Below are positions 9,901 through 18,745 of a stretch of DNA of 64,000 nt, piece after piece (positions within the stretch are counted from its first letter, which is position 1; each line of letters starts with the position of its first letter). The stretch is taken from positions 202,814 to 266,813 of the forward strand of contig OZ253947.1 in assembly GCA_965267345.1 (NCBI GenBank), written 5' to 3'. A program made the translations under genes and the position numbers. The notes beneath the pieces are model-generated. The model did not search any database, was not told the DNA's origin, and saw nothing but the letters and a program-made list of their open reading frames with translations. Source of the DNA: Minisyncoccota bacterium (GTDB lineage Bacteria; Patescibacteriota; Minisyncoccia; Phycocordibacterales; UBA2100).

Positions 9901-11063
9901 AAAAGCGTAGCGGCACAAGGAAAGCACCGCGAATCACGGGACGGTGGCATAATATGGACGAGCTAACGCCCGAACAAGACGTGCGCGCGTACGAGATTGC
10001 AGTGCATAGCGAGCTCAAGCGTCGCGATGAGCTTGATATATCACTGCATGAGGCGTGGCTCAGCAAAAACAAAGAGACGCGCGTCGGCAAACTGTTTAAG
10101 GGTTTTTCAGGAGCTGGCAGTGGTATGCGTTCAGCGATGCGTAAAGGACTTGCAAGAGCAGGGCTTGAGGGGCGATTTGGCATGCGCGCCAATGCTGATG
10201 AGGTGTGGACACACACCTTTAAGATGGCCGCCGAGAATGCAAGTGTTGTAAATCAAATGAATGGAAAACTTGCGCGCCTTCGCGATAAAGCTGAAGCACG
10301 TAAAAAACGCATTGAAGAACTCTTTAAGGATCTCTCGAGAAACCACGTGCTGTATAAATACGAAAAAGCGCGGGAGAAACTCGCTCAAGCTTACAAGTCG
10401 GAGTATCTCTATAAATATGATAAACCGCTCTGGAAGAAAACAATGAATGCCGTTGCACCATTTACTCGTCCCGCTTTTGAGGAAACGGTAAACGCCATCA
10501 CCAAAAAGTTCAAAAAAGAACAGGTGAGCGATGACACGCGGCCATTCGATGCACTCACAGGCTACTTTGATGACTTGGTGGAAAAAATTGCTGCGCAGCA
10601 AGATGAACTGACACCTGAAGTTATTAAAGAGCGTGTTGATGCACTGCTTAAAGCAGCAGAACATACACGAGTTGGTTTTGAAAAAAGTCTCAATGCGACA
10701 TTCGGCACAGGGCATTCAGCGGAAATTACTATCTCTGATACCGGTGAGGGCGCAAAAATGAGTATTGATGTGCAGGGGCCACTGGGTCGTTTCGAGCAGG
10801 AAGCACTGCTCACGCCTGCCATAATGGGCATGTCGAACGATGATAATCTTGAGCGTGCAGCTGGCGCAGGACTCCTCGGTCCGGTATTGTGGAGCAAATC
10901 GCGAAAAAACTTCACATTTAATCCGAAAGACAAACAGATGAAGACGGTACGCGCTAACAAGGCGTTTGTAGATGCGTATATGACGATTTGGGAACAAATG
11001 GAAGAGGCGGCAAAAACCCAACAGGCGGCACAATCTCAAAATGAAGAAGCAACGAATGCGTAA
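6924..11063 (+). CDS. Giant hypothetical protein (1379 aa) with internal TM hairpins and coiled-coil regions
   Basis: Single uninterrupted ORF with GAGAGG upstream. No signal peptide. Hydrophobic helix pairs at about aa 300-360, 390-430 and 820-845. The long E/K/A/L-rich remainder looks coiled-coil. I recognise no catalytic motif. Confidence 0.8.
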   Translation: MDGIERGTGAGKTPDGDVEANEQALAREEIHKALEGKGELSDIPATVAKIVEQANERSRGFSPKISSEDLTSVLTSVREAHPEYAAALEQKAERRALEQVISRLYAIDMVGRMRTSATKRFELEVKKAQRQLQSAQTNEEKEEVRKNLETLKNDIEAEHKKFADMERKVRTASIETSVQDILDDAIPDTLGVKDAMGREAIKNTVRFARGAIDKMKNRGKPDAVGFLKTIQGKLPSFYPRRGESDQVKESRETAREVAKDLSIEIAELNEYGDRDIRKQPVYPKTHFRWWHPQEMAARSGIGRAGEWVTSYLETLGLVSAFSYGVATTLDLPPVSLSNNPVGWSALAVATGALLVRQSLAFKSDVEKEALRSKRTLSNKIPVWMFPLRAVASTLETTGIFLKTAAKHPVRASAAGISTWAVGTALTKAILISLQSQAVTEQGVAGHVDAVKQELSQLEDVDGLTPSMKLFDGLIDLSGFVPEGMFGSNQPKERQPGEGLTVTERVENQPDALLHRMQVAIKAEAGDPDAMREAKKWGIPLSGTAGLGPRAVALAQLIGLTLDEARALTGRDDGTIQETSAEVRAGREKIRTFAQSHGLSDYMIEEDMQDPQLVVRALSEQFSDSISDDISEFTSNYDLFFSTINDVTSATTATAFINTLGAGQPTPSPDDVKRAADQLKASARNIQTEYDEYSNKVSDLSRIMGESIKAVYVENNTAGAQFIDVNKIALTPEPLKLDFTNLDRMVADIETTMQEVGVDKRPDAIGDPKAEQTRFEEYMQDAGIRLDNLAEFLSPFNEIETIVALEAGEDLDPEIRDQRVFNKTMQILGMSLAIQFAMLLAVNIPATRRLQRVQEQWGEQNSELITNAEGQIVDFIHKRMNRLIHQAHATINRLEKKHKSVKFAFPYEPVAQSDVRRVLRAVGTEDYIKQNQIMQLLSKGPDIDLSINNRYSNWLFALGDHKNVQTIINELLPGWDDGRRHIEQLQRESGEKPEKRSGTRKAPRITGRWHNMDELTPEQDVRAYEIAVHSELKRRDELDISLHEAWLSKNKETRVGKLFKGFSGAGSGMRSAMRKGLARAGLEGRFGMRANADEVWTHTFKMAAENASVVNQMNGKLARLRDKAEARKKRIEELFKDLSRNHVLYKYEKAREKLAQAYKSEYLYKYDKPLWKKTMNAVAPFTRPAFEETVNAITKKFKKEQVSDDTRPFDALTGYFDDLVEKIAAQQDELTPEVIKERVDALLKAAEHTRVGFEKSLNATFGTGHSAEITISDTGEGAKMSIDVQGPLGRFEQEALLTPAIMGMSNDDNLERAAGAGLLGPVLWSKSRKNFTFNPKDKQMKTVRANKAFVDAYMTIWEQMEEAAKTQQAAQSQNEEATNA

Positions 11064-11160
11064 AGACATGTCGTTCTTTCACGTATTGACAGGTCGTGAT
11101 ACATGACAGTATAGTTTCACTAGAGTGCTATGTTGACTACGTGCTGAAAAGGAGCGCACA

Positions 11161-11511
11161 ATGTCCTTTATCGCTAAGCTACTTGCGTGCACCGTTGCCG
11201 TATTCATCTTCGCAGCTATTCTAGAGCCCAGAATGACGCTCGGAAATGAGATGGTGTTTACCATCGCGGTACTCGCATGGATCATTACCTGCATCGCGGC
11301 GTTGCATGCGTTGGTCAGCGACAGGCATGGCCTCGGCAGAAGTCTCGTATTCGCTGCGCTCAGTGTCACCGCTCTGGGTGTGCTGAGTGAGCATGTGCGG
11401 GAAGCGTGGGGCCATGATCCTCGTGAGATCGTTATCTTCATGGGCTACGCCTACGTGGTGCCTGCCACGATGGCTTACAAGTATCTTTTCTTCTGGCACG
11501 ATACGAGTTAA
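11161..11511 (+). CDS. Hypothetical membrane protein (4 TM)
   Basis: Shine-Dalgarno AAGGAG 6 nt upstream. Four hydrophobic helices. Confidence 0.6.
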   Translation: MSFIAKLLACTVAVFIFAAILEPRMTLGNEMVFTIAVLAWIITCIAALHALVSDRHGLGRSLVFAALSVTALGVLSEHVREAWGHDPREIVIFMGYAYVVPATMAYKYLFFWHDTS

Positions 11512-11529
11512 GTGTGCAGAGAAACGAAA

Positions 11530-11553
11530 AGCCGCGCCCTTCGGGGCGCGGCT
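11530..11553. terminator. Bidirectional terminator hairpin with TTCG tetraloop
   Basis: AGCCGCGCCC-TTCG-GGGCGCGGCT, a perfect 10-bp stem, between convergent ORFs. Confidence 0.65.
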
Positions 11554-11581
11554 AAGTCTATGTCAGTGCGGTGGGTTACTG

Positions 11582-11875
11582 CTACTCATATCCGTCACGT
11601 TCTTGCGGCTCTCCGTCGGGGTCGAGTATATCTTCATTGGCTTCTCGAGCGCGATCCGCTTCCTCTCTTCTGCTGCGGTCTTCATCGCGCCACTCGCGCA
11701 TGATACGTCTATTTTCGAATAGCTTATTTGTTTTCTCGGCACCTCTACGCCCCATACTTTTCTGGGCCGCTTGATCGTCTTTCAGTACCGCTTCTCGTAC
11801 TTTCTTTCTTTGGTTTTCCTTCAATACCCATACCTCTAGTGTAGCAGCGCAGGCTTGTGTCGTCACCCGCAGCAC
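11582..11875 (-). CDS. Highly charged small hypothetical protein
   Basis: 97-aa K/R/E/D-rich ORF. No Shine-Dalgarno and the start is uncertain. Could be non-coding. Confidence 0.3.
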   Translation of the reverse strand: MLRVTTQACAATLEVWVLKENQRKKVREAVLKDDQAAQKSMGRRGAEKTNKLFENRRIMREWRDEDRSRREEADRAREANEDILDPDGEPQERDGYE

Positions 11876-11916
11876 GTATACTTACATCTATTACTAGGGG
11901 TTTTAGTAGTGCGTAT

Positions 11917-13044
11917 ATGAAATTCTATACATACTTGCTTGTTGCAACGCTGCTGGTACTGCCAAGTGCAGCAGGAGCGGCAACATTTCAGACAGGTGAG
12001 CAGCCAACAACTGCTCGCGGCGAGGTGATCAATGATGACATCTACATCGCCGGTGGTAATGTCACGAGCAATGCCGATATTGCAGGTGACTTGCTGGCAG
12101 CCGGTGGCAACATTTTAGTAAACAGCCCAGTATCAGGCGATCTGATGGTTGCCGGTGGCAACATCACGGTACTCGGTTCAGTTGCGGACGATCTGCGCAT
12201 TGTTGGTGGCAGCATTGTTATCAGCAGCACAGTTGGCGGTGATGTTATTGTCGGCGCCGGTGACGTGACACTCTCAGGCGAGCGTGTTGGTGGCGACGTT
12301 GCGATTGCTGCCGGTGTGGTACACGTTGACACGCCAATTGCAGGAGACGCACGCATTGGTGCTGGTGAAGTATTCATCAACGCACCGATTGCCGGTGACG
12401 TTGAGCTGCACGCAGACCGCGTGACAATTGGTGAAAACGCTACAATTAGCGGTACGTTGACCTACACTTCACCACGCGAGGCCGAGGTGGCCGATGGTGC
12501 ACAGCTCGGTGTTGTCGAGTACACGGAACGCGCGCAGAAGAGCGAAAAGGGTGGTGCCGCAATGGCAGCACTCGTTTCAACCGGTGCACTGATTGGTGTG
12601 CTGGTGAGTCTCGTTGGGGCACTTGTATTGGGCTTGCTCGTGCGACGCTTCACCGCAGAAACGGTGCGCATGGCAACCGCGCAACCACTTGCACATCTTG
12701 GTTGGGGAGTCGTGGCGCTGATCGTAACGCCAATTGTTGGTATCCTCTTGCTGGTAACCGTCATTGGTGCGCCATTTGGTATCATCGCGCTATTACTCTA
12801 TGTCGTGTACCTGATTCTCAGTAGTTTCCTTGCACCAATTCTGCTGGGAAGTGTACTCTCACGTTGGGTACTCAAGTATGGCGAGTATCGTGTTGACTGG
12901 AAAACCATACTGATTGGTGTGGTTGCGTACGCGATTCTCTCACTCATTCCAATCATCGGATGGATTGCGCAGTTCGGTCTGTTCCTCATTGCACTCGGTG
13001 CAGGAGCGCGTCTCGATCTGAAGATCCTCAAAGAGTGGTGCTAG
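11917..13044 (+). CDS. Secreted beta-helix repeat protein (bactofilin/LiaF-like repeats) with C-terminal 4-TM domain
   Basis: Start at the internal ATG 11917 gives a signal peptide MKFYTYLLVATLLVLPSAAGAA. About 12 degenerate repeats of the form (I/V)xGD(L/V)xxAGGxIxV. The last ~130 aa are strongly hydrophobic. Confidence 0.65.
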   Translation: MKFYTYLLVATLLVLPSAAGAATFQTGEQPTTARGEVINDDIYIAGGNVTSNADIAGDLLAAGGNILVNSPVSGDLMVAGGNITVLGSVADDLRIVGGSIVISSTVGGDVIVGAGDVTLSGERVGGDVAIAAGVVHVDTPIAGDARIGAGEVFINAPIAGDVELHADRVTIGENATISGTLTYTSPREAEVADGAQLGVVEYTERAQKSEKGGAAMAALVSTGALIGVLVSLVGALVLGLLVRRFTAETVRMATAQPLAHLGWGVVALIVTPIVGILLLVTVIGAPFGIIALLLYVVYLILSSFLAPILLGSVLSRWVLKYGEYRVDWKTILIGVVAYAILSLIPIIGWIAQFGLFLIALGAGARLDLKILKEWC

Positions 13045-13060
13045 GCAAGGTAACAAGCAT

Positions 13061-13104
13061 CACAAAGCAAAAACTCGCTCAGAAGAGCGAGTTTTTGCTT
13101 TGTG
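13061..13104. terminator. Long bidirectional terminator hairpin
   Basis: CACAAAGCAAAAACTCGCTC-AGAA-GAGCGAGTTTTTGCTTTGTG, a 20-bp perfect stem, between the beta-helix gene and cspA. Confidence 0.7.
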
Positions 13105-13114
13105 GAGGTGGTGA

Positions 13115-13315
13115 CTACACGCGACTTACGCGTACAGCCTGTGGGCCTTTGTCGCCTTCCGCTACTTCGAACTCAACAGCGTCGCCCTCTTTGATGTCAT
13201 CAAATGAGGCGTTCTGAAGTTCATTTGCGTGGAAGAACAGGTCCTTCTCCTGCCCGTCTGCCTTGATAAAGCCGTAGCCTTTATCCATGATGCGGGCAAC
13301 AGTTCCTTGTTGCAT
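13115..13315 (-). CDS. cspA: Cold-shock protein
   Basis: MQQGTVARIMDKGYGFIKADGQEKDLFFHANEL..., which carries the RNP1/RNP2 cold-shock motifs. 66 aa. Confidence 0.9.
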   Translation of the reverse strand: MQQGTVARIMDKGYGFIKADGQEKDLFFHANELQNASFDDIKEGDAVEFEVAEGDKGPQAVRVSRV

Positions 13316-13408
13316 GCTGCAAGAACTAATTCAATAACCAATCAAATAAAAACCTACAAACCAAACTCGACTAGTCTCGCTTCACTTAGGAGTTACTTGA
13401 TTACACTT

Positions 13409-13437
13409 AGTATGAAGTAGTGTTAGTCGGTTGTCAA
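13409..13437 (-). promoter_or_regulatory. Candidate sigma70 promoter for cspA with ~85-nt AT-rich 5' UTR
   Basis: On the minus strand: TTGACA, 17 nt, CATACT. The long leader is typical of csp genes. Confidence 0.3.
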
Positions 13438-13440
13438 TGC

Positions 13441-13602
13441 TTACGACACCAGCTTAAGTGCTTCGCCAAGGTAGTACGGCCAAATAATGATGGCGAGTAC
13501 TCCTTGCCCAAAGCTCAGCCCCACGAAGCCAATGGTGAAGAGCCAACCAACAAACCACGTACCACCTGCGAAGGTGTGATGTTCAATGCGTACTTTTTGC
13601 AT
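13441..13602 (-). CDS. Small hydrophobic protein, hypothetical
   Basis: ~53 aa from the internal ATG (MQKVRIEHHTFAGGTWFVGWLF...) with one or two TM helices. Weak evidence. Confidence 0.35.
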   Translation of the reverse strand: MQKVRIEHHTFAGGTWFVGWLFTIGFVGLSFGQGVLAIIIWPYYLGEALKLVS

Positions 13603-13714
13603 ATGCCGATAGTATAGCACCATTTTGCGCGTGTGATACACGGTGGTTCACATGTGCACGGGTGACATGATAGGGTGAAGGGGAGAGTGAAGGAATACGA
13701 GCTAATTCATTTAT

Positions 13715-14917
13715 ATGCATATGACGTATTTCAAAATCAGTATTGCACTCATTGCCGTTGCGCTCATTGGAGCAGCGGGGGTGTGGTGGTATATGGACAC
13801 GTCGTCTGACGAAGAAGCACCCGACGTTGCCATTACCGCCGAATATGACACTAAGGTTGTGTACGATCTGCAGGCTGACGAAGCAGCTGCGCGCAATGAC
13901 TGTTCGGCGCGTGGTGGTACATTCAATGCGTGTGGCTCAGGGTGTGCACCCGACGCAGCTATTTGCACGCAAGTGTGCACGCCGGTGTGTACGCTCGAAA
14001 CTGAGCGTGGATACACCGATGTGCCCGAGGAGTGGCGCGCCTTTTCTCACGACGAAACACAGCTGCAGTTTCAGGCACCACTTGCAGCAGAAATGAGTAC
14101 TGAAGCGGGTCGAGTGAAGGTGCAGCTACTTGGTCTGAACAATGAGCCGAATACCGAAGTCACTGACGGCATCACACTCACCGCAATGGTTGAAACAGCA
14201 GACGATGACGCTGTCGTTCGTGTCCAAGCAGAAACGGCACTTGCAACGCAAGAGAATGCACCGGCAGGTGGTGAGGTGTTGGAGCCACTGCACACTATTC
14301 CGTTTGGTGATCGCATTGCGTACGCATTTACCGTGCGCTCAGCGCTGGGGAATCCTGTCACCTATGTGTTTGTGCGTGATGCTGCCGATCGTGTGATACT
14401 CCGTGCGACCTATGCAGTGAGCGATCCACGCGACGTTGGCTACGAAAATACAGCGCGTACGATAATTGGCACGTTAACTTATCGCGATAGCGGTGATGCG
14501 CCGGTGCATGAGCGTGTGTCGCTTGCTGTTCTTGATACCGAGCGCGTTACTGACGGAAAAGAGCGCGGGTGCGATTATGTGACGTTTATCTCGCGTGATG
14601 TCGCACCAACAACAGCGCCACTGACTGCAGCGCTGCAGGAGTTGTTTGTCATTGACCAAGAGCGCATTGGCGGACACTTCCACTTTTTAGCACGCACCAA
14701 TGACACGCTCTCATTTGATCGCGTTACTATAACCGATGGCATGGCACGCGTGTACCTCACCGGCGAGCTGAGCGGACTTGCAGGCGTGTGTGACAACCCG
14801 CGTGCACGTATTCAAATAGAAGAAACTGCCCTGCAGTACGAAACGGTTTCAGACGTTGAAATCTATCTCAATGGCGAAGTAACCGATCTCACGCCCGACG
14901 GGCGTGGTGTAGAATAA
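13715..14917 (+). CDS. Membrane-anchored protein with C-terminal GerMN domain
   Basis: N-terminal TM anchor. The C-terminus (...LTAALQELFVIDQERIGGHFHFLARTN...VCDNPRARIQIEETALQYETVSDVEIYLNGEV) matches the GerMN / Gmad2 immunoglobulin-like fold pattern. Confidence 0.7.
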   Translation: MHMTYFKISIALIAVALIGAAGVWWYMDTSSDEEAPDVAITAEYDTKVVYDLQADEAAARNDCSARGGTFNACGSGCAPDAAICTQVCTPVCTLETERGYTDVPEEWRAFSHDETQLQFQAPLAAEMSTEAGRVKVQLLGLNNEPNTEVTDGITLTAMVETADDDAVVRVQAETALATQENAPAGGEVLEPLHTIPFGDRIAYAFTVRSALGNPVTYVFVRDAADRVILRATYAVSDPRDVGYENTARTIIGTLTYRDSGDAPVHERVSLAVLDTERVTDGKERGCDYVTFISRDVAPTTAPLTAALQELFVIDQERIGGHFHFLARTNDTLSFDRVTITDGMARVYLTGELSGLAGVCDNPRARIQIEETALQYETVSDVEIYLNGEVTDLTPDGRGVE

Positions 14918-14926
14918 TTGCTACGT

Positions 14927-15121
14927 ATGCCCGCAACATCGCAACAGCAACAAATGGCCGCCGGTGCGGCACTCGCCGCAAAGCGGGGCGAGACGCCTGT
15001 GTCGGAATTGCAAGGTGCATCAAAAGAAATGTACGAATCAATGACCGAAGAAGAGCTTGAAAAGTTTGCCAGTACCTCACACGAGGGACTTCCCGAGACG
15101 CGCGATACTGACGATGCGTAA
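14927..15121 (+). CDS. DUF3008-like small protein
   Basis: MPATSQQQQMAAGAALAAKRGE...LQGASKEMYESMTEEELEKFASTSHEGLPE resembles the DUF3008 signature as I recall it. Overlaps the next gene by ATGCGTAA. Confidence 0.5.
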   Translation: MPATSQQQQMAAGAALAAKRGETPVSELQGASKEMYESMTEEELEKFASTSHEGLPETRDTDDA

Positions 15122-15695
15122 TACTCGTGCACTCATGCAGCGCCTCTGGCGCCATCGTGTGCTCATCGGGGTGCTTTTGCTCTGGGTCGGGCTGGGTGTC
15201 GTATTTCTCTTTACGCCACCGCGCGAAATTGTGCAGGCAATTGGCGTCGAAAACAGCTACTTCGTTACATTTCTACTTGCTGCCGTGGGCGGCGTGTCGA
15301 GCTTTACCGGCACCGCGCTCTACGCGGCGATTGCCACGTTCGCTGCGGGCGGTGCACACCCACTGCTGCTGGGCATCCTCGGCGGTACGGGCATTTTTAT
15401 CAGTAACACCGTCTTTTTCATGTTGGCCCGTTTTGGCAAGCGCTCAGTATCTGATACCTATCAGGCACAATTTGCGCGTATAACGCAGTGGGTACAAACG
15501 CGGGTGCCACGGTGGGCAGCGTTTGCAGGCGTGTATCTCTATCTCGGCTTTTCACCCTTTCCTGATGACCTACTCATGATCGCACTCGTCCTTGCGGGAT
15601 ATCGTTACCGGAACGTATGGCCGCTCTTGCTTGTCGGGGGTATATCAATTGCAACGGTCACTGCATACATCGGAAATATCTGGCCGGTGTTTTAG
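15114..15695 (+). CDS. Polytopic membrane protein (DedA/VTT-like Gly-rich helices), hypothetical
   Basis: Start MRNTRALM at 15114. About 6 TM helices. Gly-rich AAVGGVSSFTGTALYAAIATFAAGG. Confidence 0.6.
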   Translation: MRNTRALMQRLWRHRVLIGVLLLWVGLGVVFLFTPPREIVQAIGVENSYFVTFLLAAVGGVSSFTGTALYAAIATFAAGGAHPLLLGILGGTGIFISNTVFFMLARFGKRSVSDTYQAQFARITQWVQTRVPRWAAFAGVYLYLGFSPFPDDLLMIALVLAGYRYRNVWPLLLVGGISIATVTAYIGNIWPVF

Positions 15696-15717
15696 TTTTT
15701 TGTCGAGATACGCAGAG

Positions 15718-15752
15718 TAAAACCCGAAGTCGCGTGTGCGACTTCGGGTTTT
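15718..15752. terminator. Rho-independent terminator
   Basis: TAAAACCCGAAGTCGC-GTGT-GCGACTTCGGGTTTT followed by a T tract. Confidence 0.7.
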
Positions 15753-15779
15753 CGGGTAGGGAAGGTGCCGATTGGTCAC

Positions 15780-16049
15780 TCACTCGGACGGGTGCTGTTT
15801 CTCGACTGCGCGCGACATGCTCGCAAGCGTATCCTGCCACGAGCGATAATACGGCGTAGGCGAAGTCTTATTTTCGAGACTGCACTGCTTGTGCGCGAGC
15901 GCTCGCTTCAGGTCCGCTGCCTCGTCAGCAGTGATTGTGCAGTCATGCAGCAACGCTGCGTACAGCTTTGCGTCATTGATTTCAGCAGCTTTGAGGGTGA
16001 GTGACTCGACGTAGTCCTTGATCACTTCACCAAACGGTTTTGTACCCAT
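15780..16049 (-). CDS. Hypothetical protein
   Basis: ~89 aa from the internal ATG (MGTKPFGEVIKDYVESL...). No homology recognised and the start is uncertain. Confidence 0.4.
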   Translation of the reverse strand: MGTKPFGEVIKDYVESLTLKAAEINDAKLYAALLHDCTITADEAADLKRALAHKQCSLENKTSPTPYYRSWQDTLASMSRAVEKQHPSE

Positions 16050-16174
16050 GCAAAGAACTCCATCTTCTCCGGCGTGCATTCGCCAGTGCGCAACTATACG
16101 CAGGTATTAGATGGGTGTCAAAGAAAAAGGCCCGACAGGATGATTCCTGTCGGGCCATTGGGATGTTGGTCACC

Positions 16175-16531
16175 TCAGATAGGAAGCGGAAAGCGATTGT
16201 CGAGTGTGGTGTTGATTGCGTGGAGCGAAGACAGTATGCGGTCCCGATGCGGATGCGTGTCCTCGGGGCAGCACACCCAGACCCTTTTGGCTACCTGACT
16301 CAACGCCATGAGGAGCGTATTGGCTTCATCAGGGTCTTCAGGAACCGTTTTCACCATCTCCTCAATTGCGCTGAGGCTGGATAGTGCGGTATCTTCGTCG
16401 CTTGCAACGACATCGAGTATGTTGGCGACGTAGTGAGTCAGCAGCACTCCAGCTACGTCACTCGCTTCTTCTTCCTCATGGGTTCTGTGTGCTACATCAT
16501 CGAGCACTACTCCATTCTCCCTCTCTTTCAC
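16175..16531 (-). CDS. Acidic hypothetical protein
   Basis: 118 aa with a GTG start and a D/E-rich sequence. Local hand-indexing was ambiguous by 1 nt here, so I use the track coordinates. Confidence 0.4.
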   Translation of the reverse strand: MKERENGVVLDDVAHRTHEEEEASDVAGVLLTHYVANILDVVASDEDTALSSLSAIEEMVKTVPEDPDEANTLLMALSQVAKRVWVCCPEDTHPHRDRILSSLHAINTTLDNRFPLPI

Positions 16532-16665
16532 ACGACAGAGGATCTGCCGCGATGCAAGAGAATGTATACAAGGTTTGCTGCTGTGTCAAAAGGAATTTCG
16601 TGCATATGGAATACCACCAATGCGTGTTTCCGATCAAGCAGTGTGCTAACGTAATGTAAACGGGT

Positions 16666-17430
16666 ATGAGTTTTGAACACAGTACGCTTGAAGCACACAA
16701 GGATTCTCTGAGGCGTCATACAGATGCAGAAGCGTGGGAGTATATGAAGAGCCGTGTCGACTTCAATGGTCTCCACACTTCTATGCAAAGCGAGCTCTTT
16801 GGCCAACCGCTGGCACTAGAGACGTTGCGTGCGCTTGCGCGTCTTGTGTATGAACTACGCGATCGCCTGCATACGTATGATGCGATAGTGAGTGATGACG
16901 TTGGAGGGCGCTTCCCGAGTAAGCTGCTCTACGAACTGACAAAAAGAAAACGGGACACCTTGAATATTTCGGACGCCCCTGCGCTTAAGTTCGTATCTGC
17001 CGGCCGCCGGCTTATGCATAACGAAACGGCTGTCGAAGCGCATTTTGAAAAACACAAAAAAGATTTGAAAAAAAAGGTTTTATTAGTTACGGAGTATGTC
17101 TTTAGTGGCGATACACTATTTCGCCTGAGTAGCATGCTCGAAGAAACGGGGCTTGAGTGTGATGTTGCGGCAGTGAGTGTTTCTCCATACTTTGATGGGT
17201 GGAACAAAGATGAAGCACGGCTCGTAAATGGAAAACAGAGTATTGTGTACGGAAAAATGATGGATGACAGCAGGGCAGTACTCGACGGTGACCTCACCGC
17301 AGTAAACGTGAATCGATATAAAGCTGACGATCACGCACACCCACAAGTGTTTGAAGTGGATCGCGATGAGGCAGTTGCCGCGCGAAAAGACGTACAAAAA
17401 ATGGTAGAGACGTTCTCAAATCTTTTGTAG
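16666..17430 (+). CDS. Phosphoribosyltransferase-fold protein (type I PRTase motif), function unknown
   Basis: YDAIVSDDVGGRFPSKLLYEL...KKKVLLVTEYVFSGDTLFRL fits the PRPP-binding loop pattern. Confidence 0.55.
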   Translation: MSFEHSTLEAHKDSLRRHTDAEAWEYMKSRVDFNGLHTSMQSELFGQPLALETLRALARLVYELRDRLHTYDAIVSDDVGGRFPSKLLYELTKRKRDTLNISDAPALKFVSAGRRLMHNETAVEAHFEKHKKDLKKKVLLVTEYVFSGDTLFRLSSMLEETGLECDVAAVSVSPYFDGWNKDEARLVNGKQSIVYGKMMDDSRAVLDGDLTAVNVNRYKADDHAHPQVFEVDRDEAVAARKDVQKMVETFSNLL

Positions 17431-17481
17431 AAACCACGTGTGGCATTGTACACACTGCTGGTAATGCTATATTGCGGCATC

Positions 17482-18738
17482 ATGTCACACAGCGAAAAAA
17501 CATACGACGTATTGGTCATTGGCGGTGGTGCGTCGGGTATGCTGGCTGCCGGCCGTGCCGCCGAGCGTGGAAAGCGTGTATTGCTTCTGGAAAAAAACAA
17601 GGAGCTCGGAAAAAAGCTCGCCATCACCGGCGGCGGCCGATGCAACATTCTCAACGCCGAAGAGGATACACATGCGCTCTTGGAGCACTACGGCGACGCC
17701 GCTAAGTTTTTGCATTCACCATTTTCACAACACGGTATGCGCGATTCGTGGGAGTTTTTTGAAGCACAGGGACTACCGCTCGTTGTTGAGGCACGCAAAC
17801 GGGCCTTTCCTGCATCGCAGCAGGCGCCTGATGTGGTGCGTACACTCAAGCGCTACATGGCGAGTAGCGGCGTTGACGTACGCCTCGGCGTGCACGTCAC
17901 CGGTCTTGTTGTTGACGATGCGGGGCGCATCACCGGCGTTGAAACACCACAGGGGAGCTACCATGCAGCACAGTATATTCTGGCGACCGGTGGTGCATCA
18001 CATCAAGAAACCGGCTCAACAGGGGAGAGCTTTGCGTGGCTCAGCGCCCTAGGGTATACCATACATGAGCCCAATCCCAACATTGTGCCACTCGTGACCG
18101 AGGAGACGTGGTCTGCGCGCGTGTCCGGCACAACATTGTCATTTATGAAAATTACGTTTGGTGTCGACCGAGAAAAGCGGCAGCGCTTCTCGCGCACCGG
18201 CAAGATTCTCTTTACCCATTTTGGTATTTCAGGTCCGCTGGTGCTCAATGCGGCACACGATGTGAAAAAACTACTGCACGATGGTCCCGTTGTTGCACAC
18301 ATTGATATGTATCCCGACACCGACAGCGGTGCACTCCGCCGTCGCATACTGACCGTCTTCGATCAGCACAAAAACAAAGAGGTACGCAACGCACTCAAGG
18401 AATGCGTGCCACACGGCATGAGTGATGCGGTTGCTACACTGCTACCGGATGAGCTCTGTACCCGTCGTGTGCACAGCGTCAGCAAGGAAGAGCGTGAGGC
18501 ATTTGCCGACATGCTTAAGGCTATGCCGCTGACCATTATCGATACCATGGGCATGGACTGGGCAGTTATCTCAGACGGTGGTGTTGATCTGTCACAGGTC
18601 GACACTAAAACCATGCGCTCGCGGCTGCACGACAATTTTTTCTTTACGGGCGACGTACTGCACGTTAACCGCCCGAGTGGCGGCTACTCACTCCAATTGT
18701 GCTGGACGACCGGCTGGGTTGCCGGCTCGCACGCGTAA
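17482..18738 (+). CDS. HI0933/BaiN-family NAD(P)/FAD-dependent flavoprotein
   Basis: YDVLVIGGGASGMLAAGRAAERGKRVLLLEKN, ITGGGRCN, ATGGAS, FTHFGISGP and C-terminal GDVLHV...GGY...TGWVAG. Start at the internal ATG 17482. Confidence 0.85.
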   Translation: MSHSEKTYDVLVIGGGASGMLAAGRAAERGKRVLLLEKNKELGKKLAITGGGRCNILNAEEDTHALLEHYGDAAKFLHSPFSQHGMRDSWEFFEAQGLPLVVEARKRAFPASQQAPDVVRTLKRYMASSGVDVRLGVHVTGLVVDDAGRITGVETPQGSYHAAQYILATGGASHQETGSTGESFAWLSALGYTIHEPNPNIVPLVTEETWSARVSGTTLSFMKITFGVDREKRQRFSRTGKILFTHFGISGPLVLNAAHDVKKLLHDGPVVAHIDMYPDTDSGALRRRILTVFDQHKNKEVRNALKECVPHGMSDAVATLLPDELCTRRVHSVSKEEREAFADMLKAMPLTIIDTMGMDWAVISDGGVDLSQVDTKTMRSRLHDNFFFTGDVLHVNRPSGGYSLQLCWTTGWVAGSHA

Positions 18739-18745
18739 GTACTTG

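Noticed and set aside
6890-10960. Several minus-strand ORFs (6890-7606, 7634-8209, 8978-9409, 9812-10216, 10131-10715, 10562-10960) antisense to the giant gene
   Set aside because: They lie entirely within the 1379-aa ORF on the opposite strand. Their compositions are Ser/Arg/Cys-rich and typical of antisense GC-rich frames. They have no RBS or promoter.
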